A stretch of DNA of 62,337 nucleotides, the filler included, from Hausera hauseri (Eukaryota), in NCBI GenBank assembly GCA_046269625.1. It is 12 parts of 12 records of this genome, joined end to end, with 100 filler letters (N's around TTAATTAATTAA, not from the genome) between each part and the next. Parts side by side here need not be neighbours in the genome. Positions count along the whole stretch, not along the records: positions 26,102 to 30,310 come from JBJURY010699437.1; positions 30,411 to 34,630 come from JBJURY010692882.1; positions 34,731 to 39,071 come from JBJURY010627219.1; 9 more parts are not named here. The stretch is one strand, 5' to 3'. Below are positions 26,450 through 36,402 of this stretch, in pieces (position 1 is the stretch's first letter; each line of letters opens with the position of its first letter). The notes below the pieces were generated by a model. The model was not told where the DNA came from, did no database searches, and was given only the letters and a program-made list of their open reading frames with translations. The position numbers and the translations under genes are program-made.

Positions 26450-28830
26450 CTTCATGCCTTTCTCCCATGATCTGAAGTATGTGTGAGTCGTAGTATTAAT
26501 TTTTTGCTTTTGTAGAGACGAATCATGGAGTCCCTATATGTTCATATGCTTATGTGGTAATTATAGCAAATCGTAGAGACCTTATGTATTCACAAATCAA
26601 TATTATAACCGTATCCAGCTTCTGATAATAATTAATTATATAGTATTTGAAACATTGACTCTATAATGACCGAAATATTGTGACTTTTTATATTCATGTC
26701 GAGTAAATTGTATATTTACAGGTCTAATGTTGTACTAGAAATGGGAACACAGTCATGTCGAATAAATATCAAATAATTTTATTCATACAAAAGAATAATA
26801 GAAATAATAATATAACGAAATATATCAGCAATTTATAAGTTGTTTCCATCACTTTCTACGAAACCAAATTTTAATTATACAGAGGAATAATAAATACCAG
26901 GAATAAAAATAATGATATAATAAAATATATTACGATGACCAGTAATTCGTAAATTGTTTCTACCTCTTTCTACGGTTTGAAATATTATACTCATAAATAA
27001 CTCTTTTTATCAATTACAACAAGAAATCATCAATACTCCCATCCATCTCAGAATCACTTCCAATTAAGTTATACGACTTCAATTATGAAAGAAATTATTT
27101 TCTTTAATCCTTATAAGTTCACCTATATATCTAGAATTAATGCTTATGCTCACTTTCCTTTTCCGTTCTTGGTGTATTCTAATTTTCTTCTGTTTCTCAA
27201 TTTTGCCATCTCGTCCATACATATCAATCAAATGATTCTATTAGTGTTCGTATCTTAGCTTCAGGTTTATTCTTGTTGTAGCAATCACAGATCATATGGT
27301 ATAAGGTGTAATACCTTGATGTTTATCCGTTGACCTTTTCAATCATAGTTATATACTTGCGTAATCGATATCCCTTTCATATAGTATCTTATTTTGATAA
27401 TAAATCTTTTAATAAGTAATCTCATCATATAAAAATTATCGACACTCCTTATTGCAAACGTAAAATTTGATTATTGATTCTTGTCCGAGACCCACCTTTG
27501 CTTATTAATGTATTCTTATCTTTCACCATAGTCCAATCTAGTGTTAAACCATTAGCCCGTATCCATGTTTATAGATTATATATATGTATAACTTTATTTC
27601 CTGCGAATATGTAGAAACTTGGGGTAATTTATTTCTAATATACAGTTAAAGGGTCAAATAAACAACAATGTACTAGCTATTCATTCTAGTGGTATATATT
27701 CCTCTCTAGACAACTTTAGTGTCATTTTTATTACTTCGGCAGGATTTACATGTATATATAATCTTCAAATTTAATTAGTTAATGCTAACAAAAATTTCTT
27801 TTACGCGGGTTCACCTCCTTGCACAGAGACCACAAAACGGGCTGTTCCAACGCGAAGATATGACCAACTTAATTTCATTTTTACCACAAATAATACCACT
27901 CGCGGATTATAAAACGATACTCGGTTCATCATAATTACTTAATCAGATGGAATGAATTGTTCGTAACAAATCTATTCGCAAACTCACGTGCCTCCATACT
28001 CAAACATAATTTAAAATAAAAATTTTACTTCTACAATTCTCCCATCAGCATTAAATCGTCTCACCAATCTATGTGTCTCCATTCTATAAGTTCTTTTTAA
28101 AGACGTGGTGCCAGAATAAACTCTTTCAATCGCAGTAGTTTCGATAATCCTCATATGGGTTCGTAATTGTCCAACGTCATCTCCATGGCAACTCTCAGCC
28201 GCTTGAACTCATAAAACATCATCTATTTTTTCCGACTCATTGATATTATTTCGATCGTATGGTCGATTCAATCAATATTTTTATTGTATATACTATTTAA
28301 AACAAAGAATATTCTACGAAACAAGACCGATTGACCAAGTTTAGAGGAAAAATTTATTCATCGTATCGGTTTGGTCATTAATCAGGATAATCTGATCATA
28401 TCCTCGATCAACAATCTTTAATACAAATTTGTCTTTATTCGTTTTGAACCAACGCTGTTACTGGTCGTATTCCTTTCTTATAGGAGAAATCTTTAATGTT
28501 GTTAGATAATAAATTTCGAGGTGCGTTTATACAAATTCTAAAAGTTTACTTGACATTTATGCTTTTGACGGAATTTGTATCGTCAGACATTTACATCAAC
28601 ACTTCCGTTACATTGCAGTGATTACTTCGGTTACTAACCAATGCATCGACTCGCCACATTATTTTGATCAAAGTATCAACAGTTTAGTGCTTCCTTTACC
28701 TCAGTCAGACTGTTTTCCAAGATCGTCAGCATCCTATCTGTCATAATGAAATATTCTCGACATCCGTTCCGCCATTCCATTCTTGAATGTACTCGCTAAT
28801 AAATCAATGCATATCATAATGATATCCTGA
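26450..28830 (-). mobile_element. Heavily decayed Ty1/copia pol relic
   Basis: Residual motifs in copia order: NGMAERMSR (integrase, about 28780), TARFVV (KARLVA-like, about 27835), RA-WFN (about 27555), a YVDD-position remnant (about 27425) and SEAGYG (SDADWG-like, about 26620). RT motif spacing matches the intact copia in this window. No ORF of 60 aa or more. Confidence 0.5.
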
Positions 28831-29129
28831 ATTGTAATGACAACCAAATTAACTGCAACCTATTAAATTTGATTTCCAGTTAAATATTTATTATACTACA
28901 ATTTATACAAATAGACAAAACAACGATCATATTACATTCAAATAGATTTCAACATCACTATATATAATTTAATATTAATTACCCATGTATTCATGCATAT
29001 TCTCCGTCGAATTGTTTTCTTGATTAGCCATACTTAAACTTTGATGAGAATTAAAGAATCTTCGAATTAGCGAATAGCGAAAAGCTCGTGCAAGAATGAT
29101 TATCAAAATATCGTTGTTTAATTGTAATT

Positions 29130-29854
29130 CTGTTTCTGAATAATGGTAATAAACAAGTATGGAATTATGGTAGCAATCCTACCTCTTTACTACCTCGATA
29201 GTACTGGTTTCTCGTATAGAAGGTTAAAAATTTTTTGTGTGTCTTGTGCTTATTTTCCTTCTGCTTATATACCAATCTGAGGTATTAAGCGTTTCGCAGA
29301 ATTTATTTTATAAATTGGTTTTTGTTTATTAAGCATTTCGCAAATTGGTCTAAATTGATTTCAATGTTTTGTTTCTAACTATTTGTTTAATTTGTAAATT
29401 GGTTTTTGTTTGTTAAAATTCAGATTTTCAATTCAGTTGTGTATGATTTCAATTAGATTTTTAAATTGTGTACTTTGTAATTTCAGATTTTCAAATGGTG
29501 CTCAGATTTTCAAATTCAGCTGTATATAATTTCAATTAGATTTTTTAAATTGTGCATTTGTGTAACCTTTGCTGAATGCGTATATTTTGTTATCAACTTG
29601 GTTGCAGGGTTCACAATTCAGTGTACATAACAACAGAATATAATATGACACCCATCACATCTGGGTTCACAACTCACTAGAAAGAAAGAATAAAAAAGAA
29701 AGAATAAAACATATAAAACATATTTCCAATATTTCAGGATAACATTCAATTGTTAAAACAAATATAACAAAGCAGCAAAGTATTTATCAGTCGATCCATA
29801 ATGATCAGTGATGATTAATCGATCTATATTGATCAGTCCTAACATGTCCTAACA
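29130..29854 (-). repeat. Probable 3' LTR (distal end uncertain) with internal tandem repeats and a TATA box
   Basis: Begins TGTTAG immediately after the PPT AAAAAGGGGAGAAA (29855-29868). Imperfect repeats at 29280-29560. TATATAA on the minus strand near 29265-29271. Confidence 0.55.
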
Positions 29855-30310
29855 TTTCTCCCCTTTTTGAAAAAGGATTCGGTCCTCCGGATCACTCTGA
29901 GTGCTGGCATCGACGAAACTGAGGTTTCTGGGTTTAATCGTCAAGGTCGCATCGTTCACGGGGTTCATCCAATGGCATAGTCTTTGGGTTCGATTGTCGT
30001 AGGTGTAGGAGAAGTGGTAGTATACTGATGGTTGTCGGCAGTATGGGCAAGAAATGCCGTTTTGAAAAGTCATCTGTAAAGCGTCTTCTGGATTGATTGA
30101 TTTGAGGGATTGTGATCGCAGTTTATTGAAACAGGTTGCACACAATTTGTGATTGCATTGAAATTGAACCACTGTCATCCTTTCAGTGAGGCATATAGTA
30201 CATTCGTATGTAGGAAGTTGGTCGTAGTAGTGGGATTGTAATGTTGCCCATAAGTCAGGAGGGGCTAGGTCAGAAATAAGATCAATTGGACATTTGCTGA
30301 AGACAGGAAA
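29849..30310 (-). CDS. 5'-partial ORF with a C3HC4 RING finger (terminal ORF of an LTR retroelement)
   Basis: Frame is open from the contig edge: ECTICLTER..QCNHKLCATC..ISCPYCRQ. The last codons overlap the PPT and the stop lies within TGTTAG. Confidence 0.8.
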   Translation of the reverse strand, partial: FPVFSKCPIDLISDLAPPDLWATLQSHYYDQLPTYECTICLTERMTVVQFQCNHKLCATCFNKLRSQSLKSINPEDALQMTFQNGISCPYCRQPSVYYHFSYTYDNRTQRLCHWMNPVNDATLTIKPRNLSFVDASTQSDPEDRILFQKGEKC

Positions 30311-30410
30311 NNNNNNNNNNNNNNNNNNNNNNNNNNNNNNNNNNNNNNNNNNNNTTAATTAATTAANNNNNNNNNNNNNNNNNNNNNNNNNNNNNNNNNN
30401 NNNNNNNNNN

Positions 30411-30950
30411 AAATCCGATTCAGTGTGATAGCGAAAATTCAGCAAAAGCGTCTGAAAAGAGTCAGTGGAATCTTAAGAGTTCAACAAATAAACCATTTTT
30501 CTTATCGGTCAAGAATTTCCAACTTTAAATACAGATGCGGGTCAGGATAATCAGGATTCATCAGCCGTTAAAGATAGTTTTAAATCCAAAGATTCTGATA
30601 GTAAAATGAAAGTTGATGATATACGGAGTCGTGACAATAACATTAGCATTTCTACTCTTAATCAGATAGACGCATTGAGTATCAGTAAAAGTTCGAAAGG
30701 CGATATAGCGGCCACTGGATGGGCCGCTGAAGACAAAGAACCTAACTTTGAAGAAAAAATTGATTTTAGAGATGATGAATCTCTCCACGAATATCAGACT
30801 TAGCCATCAGATAATAAAGATAGCGTCAAAAGACCGGAACTTAATATAGCGAGAGAGAAATGCGAGCCACAGGATGTGAATCCTGAAGTTTGGCAAGAAC
30901 AATCTACGATGCTGCTATTCCGACAATTTCACAGAGATGACTATAGTTAA
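30411..30950 (+). pseudogene. Disrupted PRRC2/BAT2-like fragment
   Basis: GQEFPTL and GWAAEDKEPNFEEKIDFRDDE resemble PRRC2 motifs EEFPTL and [21 protein letters not shown]. Frameshift near 30500, stop at 30801-30803. Confidence 0.5.
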
Positions 30951-32269
30951 ATTAATAAATTATGTCTGAAACAAGTCCCTCTGGTGTCCTGGATTTGAAT
31001 TAAAATTATTCATAAGCCTTCTCGATTTGAATACTACATTACATTTGATGGGTGGACCGATGCATTTTAATACGTTCGTTTCAAATTCATTTCTACCATC
31101 TGAGTAAGGCATTTGCAATGTAATCACTGGATCTCTGATTTCTTCCTATTTACACTGGTACATTTTAAATGGATATATTAGATATATTAGACATACAATC
31201 AGCGGCCAGCTTTTAGTTTTGTCGTCGTTATTACTTAATTGCTGATATCTGGATAATGCAGCCATTTTGGATTTTTAAATCCGTTTTGTTTTAGTCATTG
31301 CCGACATTGTTCTCAGTTTGTTTAAGAGGTAGCCATTTTGGAATTTTAATTGTTTGTCACAAATAGAAATGAAAATTAGTTAATTTTGTTGGATGTTTTA
31401 ATTAATTTTTATCGTTTACGTTCAAATGGATAAATATGGTTAGAGACATCACTAACATGTAATTGTTGTAACTATGATTCATTGATGAGTAAATTGGTCA
31501 TTTAAGAAGCTATAATTTATTGTTTACACGACGATAGTTGGCAATGATCAGGTTTCAATTCAACAATTTATGGATAAATGTTTACTGTCATTTACTGTTT
31601 TTGCGATGATAATGAGAATGACAAGAAACTAATTATACAATTTTACAAATGGCGTCTGTAAAATTTTGGGCAATTTTATAGTTTTGATTTGTAATTTAAT
31701 AAAATTAGTGCACGTTTATTTTCGTTTTCAATTGAATAATGACGTTAATTTGTGTCATTTTTTGTTTTTTGTTTTATGAGTAACGGGGGGTATTAATTAC
31801 TGACATTTGACGTTGTCATCGTTCTTTGTCATGCTAATTTGGCATGAATTTGTAAATGATAAGAATAATTTCTTATTACAAATGATATTTTGTCATGAAT
31901 ATTTGTTTCGCAATGTTTAGATGGCAGCCATGTTGAATTTATGGATTCATTTCATACTAGTCCTATTTTATTTGACAAAATTTTCGAATTTGTTGTATGG
32001 CAGCCATATTGGAATTTCAATTCATGTCATTTTTACAAGCGCCATGTTGGATATTTATGATTAAAGAATTTATGAAGATGTCATAAATTAACATTTATTT
32101 TTCTTTACATAATAAAGCAATTTTGTTTTGTATTAATAATTTTGCAGCCATTTTCGTCATTATGTTATTTATAAATGCAGAAGTGAATAATTCGTTTTTG
32201 TGAGGAAATGTCAATTGACAATTGGTAATTAACAAATCCATACGTTTATCATTGATTGTTGTGTAGAGA

Positions 32270-34404
32270 ATGGAAATGACAAACATTTCATTCAATGGCT
32301 ATTTCGTATTGTCGTTTTGTTTTGTATTTTATTGGAAATATTCCAGTTCATTCGACTGTTCAAATGCACAATGGGGACCATGGCGATGTGAAGGTGACGA
32401 GGATATTTGTACGGGAAAAGCATTCCGATACAAATGTATTGGTGGACATTGTGTCCGATTTAGTCCTTGTGCCCAATTGCCAGGAAATACGAAGGAAGCA
32501 CTGTGTAATGATGTGAAATCGTTGTGTAGGCCATGGTGGGGCCAATGGAGTTCGTGGTCGGCTTGCAGTGCAACATGCGGCTACATGGAAAGGAAACGAT
32601 TTAGACCTTGTAAAGGTGTGGCAATTGACAATTCAATACTAAATTCATGTCGAGATCCAAAATATGTCAATAATTTGCCAATTGGGCAGGGATTTATTCA
32701 GTCTGACGCGTGTTTTCTTCGTCGATTGTGTCCACGAATTCATGGCAATTGGGGCAGTTGGGGAATGTTTTCAGCATGCAGTGCAACGTGTGGTGTTGGT
32801 GAAAGACGACGGAATCGGCTATGTAATAATCCAGCACCAGTTGGTGGTGGTATGGACTGTACTGGCATTGATACGGATATAACGGAATGTGAAACGAAAC
32901 GATTATGTCCAGTTCATGGTCAATGGTGTTCGTGGGATGCTGTTGATCAATGTAGTAAATTATGTGGAGGTGGGTCGGGATTGAGGACGAGACGATGTGA
33001 ATGTCCGAAACCGGATTACGGTGGGATGGAATGCACTGGATCGAATCAGAAATACGATGCTTGTAATACAAATCCTTGTCCATACAATCCTAAATTGACA
33101 CCGGACGAATTGCTTATTTTATTTGGTGATTTGGCAACATCGACACAAACTGATCAATGGCAATATTCCAATGGAGGAGAAGTTCCAGAAATTGGTGACG
33201 TTATTACGTTGCAATGTCCCAAATCGATACGGTCTCGACGGCGGATTTTTGATGCGCCTGATCGATTTCCTCAACGAGTTTCATTTTGGATGTTTAACAA
33301 TACGAAATTGAATGATTCGGAGGCATTTTTTACCGATGACGAATTTCTCGTCATTCGCGGTTTGTCGGTGGATAAAATCGGATTTTACACGTACGTTTAT
33401 ATTCGTGAACCGGATGCTGAACCGGATATTGTTTGTTTCTTTGCGATGTATTTGTCGGATTATGAAATAAAGGTAATGATGGGTAGTGATTTGCATTTGG
33501 ATTGTAAGGCAGGCGATTTTGATAAATTGACGGAATTTTCACTTCTTGGCAATTGGGATAATTGGTGGAAATTTAGTCCCGATGAAATTGGTTTAGCTGC
33601 TGGTGGACGAATGGAAAATTTTTTGTGGCGCAGTAATCCGAAATTGTCGAAATTTGATTTGTCTGATGAGAGGATTATTGAGGAAATTGACAAACGAGTA
33701 TCTGGGACATTTGTTTGTTTTTTGGAGAATCGTCCAGTTGGCAGATTTATGCGAACGTTTGTAACACAGCAAGTGAAAGTGACTGTGATTGATGGGATTT
33801 CATTTTGGAGAAAGGTATGAAATTGAATTGTGGTAGATTAAAGGTGAGGATGGGGGCTGGGTGGGGTGGGTAGGTATTGTTTATTGAAATGTCTTTTCTT
33901 TTTTGGTAGGGCATTGAATTGTACAGTGATTATCGGTTTGACAAATCCATTAGAAAAATTTATGCATTTTTATCCACATTGGATACATTTCATAAAGTAA
34001 AAATGCATCAAAATTATTTATTATAGAATTACACACACGCATTGACACACACAAATGCACACAAGCAAATACATACACACATTGACACACACATACAAAG
34101 GCATACACACAGGAAATTTCGGCATTCATTTATTATTTTTTACCGATTTTATTTTCGATACGAATTTAAAGGAAACGAAGATTTCACTTTACATTTTATT
34201 GAAATGTTGCAATTAAAATTTTGTAATTTCTAGCTCGAGATATTTTTGAGAGGACTCGTCGTAGATTCGGCAATAATACTTGCAGTTGCTGTTATCGTAT
34301 CATTGATTTTGATCGTACGTTTTAAATTAGAAGCCCACTGGATGGTTCGAACTGGAGGTTTGCGTCGTGCAAAGGCTCATGAAGAAATAACTGCAATGGA
34401 GTAA
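32270..34404 (+). CDS. Two-exon type I membrane protein (571 aa): signal peptide, three thrombospondin type-1 repeats, Ig-like region, TM helix, short tail. Exons 32270-33814 and 34234-34404
   Basis: WxxWSxCSxTCG..RxRxC repeats. Donor AAG/GTATGA at 33815 and acceptor TTTCTAG at 34233. The phase-0 join gives LEIFLRGLVVDSAIILAVAVIVSLILIVRFK.. ending TAA. Confidence 0.88.
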
Positions 34405-34730
34405 AATGGAACGATCAGAGAAGAGATGTTGCGTTTAATCATTTTTAATTGCAGTTTTTAGCATTAATTGCGTTGATGAATCCGTTTTGAATTTGGGGGG
34501 GGTATTTTGTTAAATGAAATTTATTCGAGGCTGTGATGTCTGGTACAGCATGAAGTTGCCAAAATGGTACACTAAGCACCTTTTTATGCACGCCTCTTTT
34601 TGTATAATCTCCATCTTGCGAGGCCTGAAANNNNNNNNNNNNNNNNNNNNNNNNNNNNNNNNNNNNNNNNNNNNTTAATTAATTAANNNNNNNNNNNNNN
34701 NNNNNNNNNNNNNNNNNNNNNNNNNNNNNN

Positions 34731-35984
34731 ACATTAAGAACTCTCCTAACTGTTGCAGGAAAACGGAAATTGGCTGTACGCCATTATGATATTCAGTCAG
34801 CTTACCTGAATGGTGACTTATGCCATGAAGTGTATATGAAGCAACCACCTAGATTTCAGGAAGATAAGAGTAAAGTCTGCAAACTCATGAAGAATCTATA
34901 TGGATTAAAGCAAGGAGCAAATGAGTGGAACCGAAAGCTCAATGAAGTTCTCCTTAAAAGTAAATTCCAAAGAAGTGAAAATGATCCATGCTTATACTCC
35001 AGGAAGAATAATGATGATTGCATATACATTACAGTTCATGTTGATGACATGGTTGTAGCTGGAACTACAGAAAGTTTGCTGGATGCATTCGAAAGGGAAA
35101 TGAATAAGTTTTTCATACTAAAGAACTTAGGAAATCTACAGTACTATTTAGGTATAAACTTTGAGCGTGATAAAGATGGTATTTTCTACTTAAATCAATC
35201 AACTTACATATCTAAGAAACTTAGAAGATATCGTCTTGAAGATTGCAAAACCTCAAGATTCCCTATTGATCCCGGATATTACAAAAGAAAAGATACCTCA
35301 GAAAATTTGGCAAACATCGAGGAATATAAAAGTGCTATCGGATCTTTGTTATACTTAGCTGTCAACACGAGACCTGACATAGCTACAGCAGTTTCAATCC
35401 TAGCTCGTAAAGTATCAAAACCAACTGAGATGGATTGGGTAGAAGTTAAAAGAGTATTTAAGTACCTGAAATTAACCAAAGACCTTAAATTGCGTCTCGG
35501 AAATGCAAATGACCAGAAAAGTGACTTGGAATGTTTCGTGGATGCTGATTGGGGTAATGACCCATCGGACAGAAAATCAAACACCGGTTACTTCTTCAAG
35601 TACCAAGGTAGCATCTTAACTTGGATAAGCAAGAAACAACCTTGCGTTACATTATCTTCGACTGAAGCGGAATTCGTCGCACTCGCGGAAGCCGCCAAGG
35701 AAGGGATATGGCTACAAAGGCTACTACAGGACTTTGAAGAAAAGATTACCAATTGCATTTTCTATGAGGACAATCAGAGCTGCATAAAGATGATAAGGAA
35801 TGAGAAGTGCAGCGGTAGAACCAAACATATCGACACCAGATACCACTTCGTTAAAGACTTAATTAAGGAAAAGAACTTTCAGTTGGAGTACCTGCCAACA
35901 GATCAGATGGCTGCTGACTTGTTAACTAAGCCACTAGGGACTAACAAACTTAAAGTATTTTCTAAAGCACTTGGGTTATGTTAA
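34731..35984 (+). CDS. Copia polyprotein, C-terminal part (RT, RNase H)
   Basis: DIQSAYLNG, LYGLKQ, VHVDDM, VDADWG, SSTEAEF, EDNQS, TKHID and ADLLTKPL. Confidence 0.95.
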   Translation, partial: TLRTLLTVAGKRKLAVRHYDIQSAYLNGDLCHEVYMKQPPRFQEDKSKVCKLMKNLYGLKQGANEWNRKLNEVLLKSKFQRSENDPCLYSRKNNDDCIYITVHVDDMVVAGTTESLLDAFEREMNKFFILKNLGNLQYYLGINFERDKDGIFYLNQSTYISKKLRRYRLEDCKTSRFPIDPGYYKRKDTSENLANIEEYKSAIGSLLYLAVNTRPDIATAVSILARKVSKPTEMDWVEVKRVFKYLKLTKDLKLRLGNANDQKSDLECFVDADWGNDPSDRKSNTGYFFKYQGSILTWISKKQPCVTLSSTEAEFVALAEAAKEGIWLQRLLQDFEEKITNCIFYEDNQSCIKMIRNEKCSGRTKHIDTRYHFVKDLIKEKNFQLEYLPTDQMAADLLTKPLGTNKLKVFSKALGLC

Positions 35985-36063
35985 GTTTATATTACTTTGT
36001 ATTATGTTAACCCATTAAGGTAAGTATTTGATTTTTGTATTAAGAATAAACATTGAGGAGGGG

Positions 36064-36256
36064 TGTTGAATATTACGACGCCTTACAATGTATATTCTTT
36101 GGCGCTGTGATCGCCTGGCGTTATGCCAAACTATTCCTTTTCCCCCCTCTCTCTGTCAGTCTGAAGTTGTCACTGGTATGTAACAGTTTATTCTCCACTA
36201 TTGTAATAAAATGCTTCGTTATAATATTTTCTTTAGAATATTTGCGTAACTCTACA
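36064..36256 (+). repeat. Copia LTR (193 bp, TG..CA)
   Basis: Starts TGTTGA right after the PPT GAGGAGGGG (36055-36063), ends TCTACA right before the PBS, and has AATAAA at 36205-36210. Confidence 0.88.
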
Positions 36257-36271
36257 GGTCATGGGCGCCAG
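36257..36271 (+). promoter_or_regulatory. Primer binding site of the half-molecule initiator tRNA-Met type
   Basis: GGTCATGGGCGCCAG closely resembles the Drosophila copia-type PBS GGTTATGGGCCCAG. Confidence 0.7.
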
Positions 36272-36402
36272 TGTTATAGCCCATTTTAATTATTAAAAGT
36301 TAATCGCTTTGTGTTTCATTTTATTGCGAACAGAAAGTTCATTTTTTTTCCTACTCCACGAACTTACTTCTCTTTCTCGCTGCGGTTGCATTGCCAGACA
36401 GA

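Noticed and set aside
27800-27830. AGSPPCTE on the plus strand, resembling cytosine methyltransferase motif IV
   Set aside because: The frame is short, no other MTase motifs are present, and it overlaps the copia RT remnant on the opposite strand.
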